Positions 63,894 through 64,000 of a stretch of DNA of 64,000 bases are shown one piece after another (the stretch's first letter is position 1; the number at the start of each line of letters is the position of its first letter). The DNA comes from a virus. Below the pieces are notes generated by a model that saw nothing but the letters and a program-made list of their open reading frames with translations, ran no database searches and was not told the DNA's origin. The stretch covers positions 109,052 to 173,051 of IMG/VR virus record IMGVR_UViG_3300047498_000060; one strand, written 5' to 3'. The translations under genes and the position numbers were made by a program.

Positions 63894-64000
63894 TCGCCGT
63901 CCTCGACGACCCGTGGCCCGGCTCTGTCCGTGATGGCGCGGAGATCTTCTCCATCTCCAGCAGTATCGTGGACACGCTGGACTACGGGTCGCTCGTCGAG
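63881..64000 (+). CDS. Start-less open frame, probable -1 frameshift extension of 62781..63893 (truncated by window)
   Basis: GGG AAA AGA CTA GTC GCC GTC CTC GAC GAC CCG TGG... = KRLVAVLDDPWPGSVRDGAEIFSISSSIVDTLDYGSLVE, open to the edge with strong GC3. Confidence 0.6.

Noticed and set aside
1-64000. Many long antisense or alternate-frame ORFs in the track (e.g. 3260..4498+, 10721..11809+, 26175..27572+, 55049..56005-)
   Set aside because: Shadow ORFs expected from high GC3 on the true coding strand; no motifs or RBS, and they overlap well-supported genes.
1-64000. Stop-codon reassignment (alternative genetic code)
   Set aside because: The standard code gives dense, full-length genes; TAG and TGA both end genes at sensible junctions.

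Overview
This window is a gene-dense, GC-rich 64 kb segment of a large tailed (probably contractile-tailed) bacteriophage. No host-type genes, rRNA, tRNA or CRISPR array were seen. All assignments come from motifs read by eye; no database search was run. Bases 1-45.8 kb are mostly a minus-strand virion module: tail sheath 5' end, neck proteins, major capsid, intein-containing prohead protease, intein-containing large terminase, baseplate spike and portal. The module also encodes a ~2170-aa single-chain beta+beta' RNA polymerase and about ten proteins studded with a K-x-[A/G] motif, and it is interrupted by short plus-strand islands (MoxR AAA+/VWA pair, homing endonucleases). Bases 45.9-64 kb are a plus-strand replication/recombination module: SF2 helicase, family-4 UDG, DnaB, DnaG, Zn-rich SSB-like protein, PolA, HU-like, RecA, Cas4-like and RusA-like. 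The most notable signals are: (1) a putative protease-addressed polyprotein system (KxA sites separating glycine-zipper and coiled-coil modules); (2) the fused RNAP, with two candidate promoter classes; (3) two candidate -1 programmed frameshifts sharing the layout XXXAAAA-Gnn-TAG; (4) inteins in the prohead protease and terminase, plus five free-standing homing endonucleases, several with AT-shifted flanking codons; (5) a structured element upstream of dnaB.
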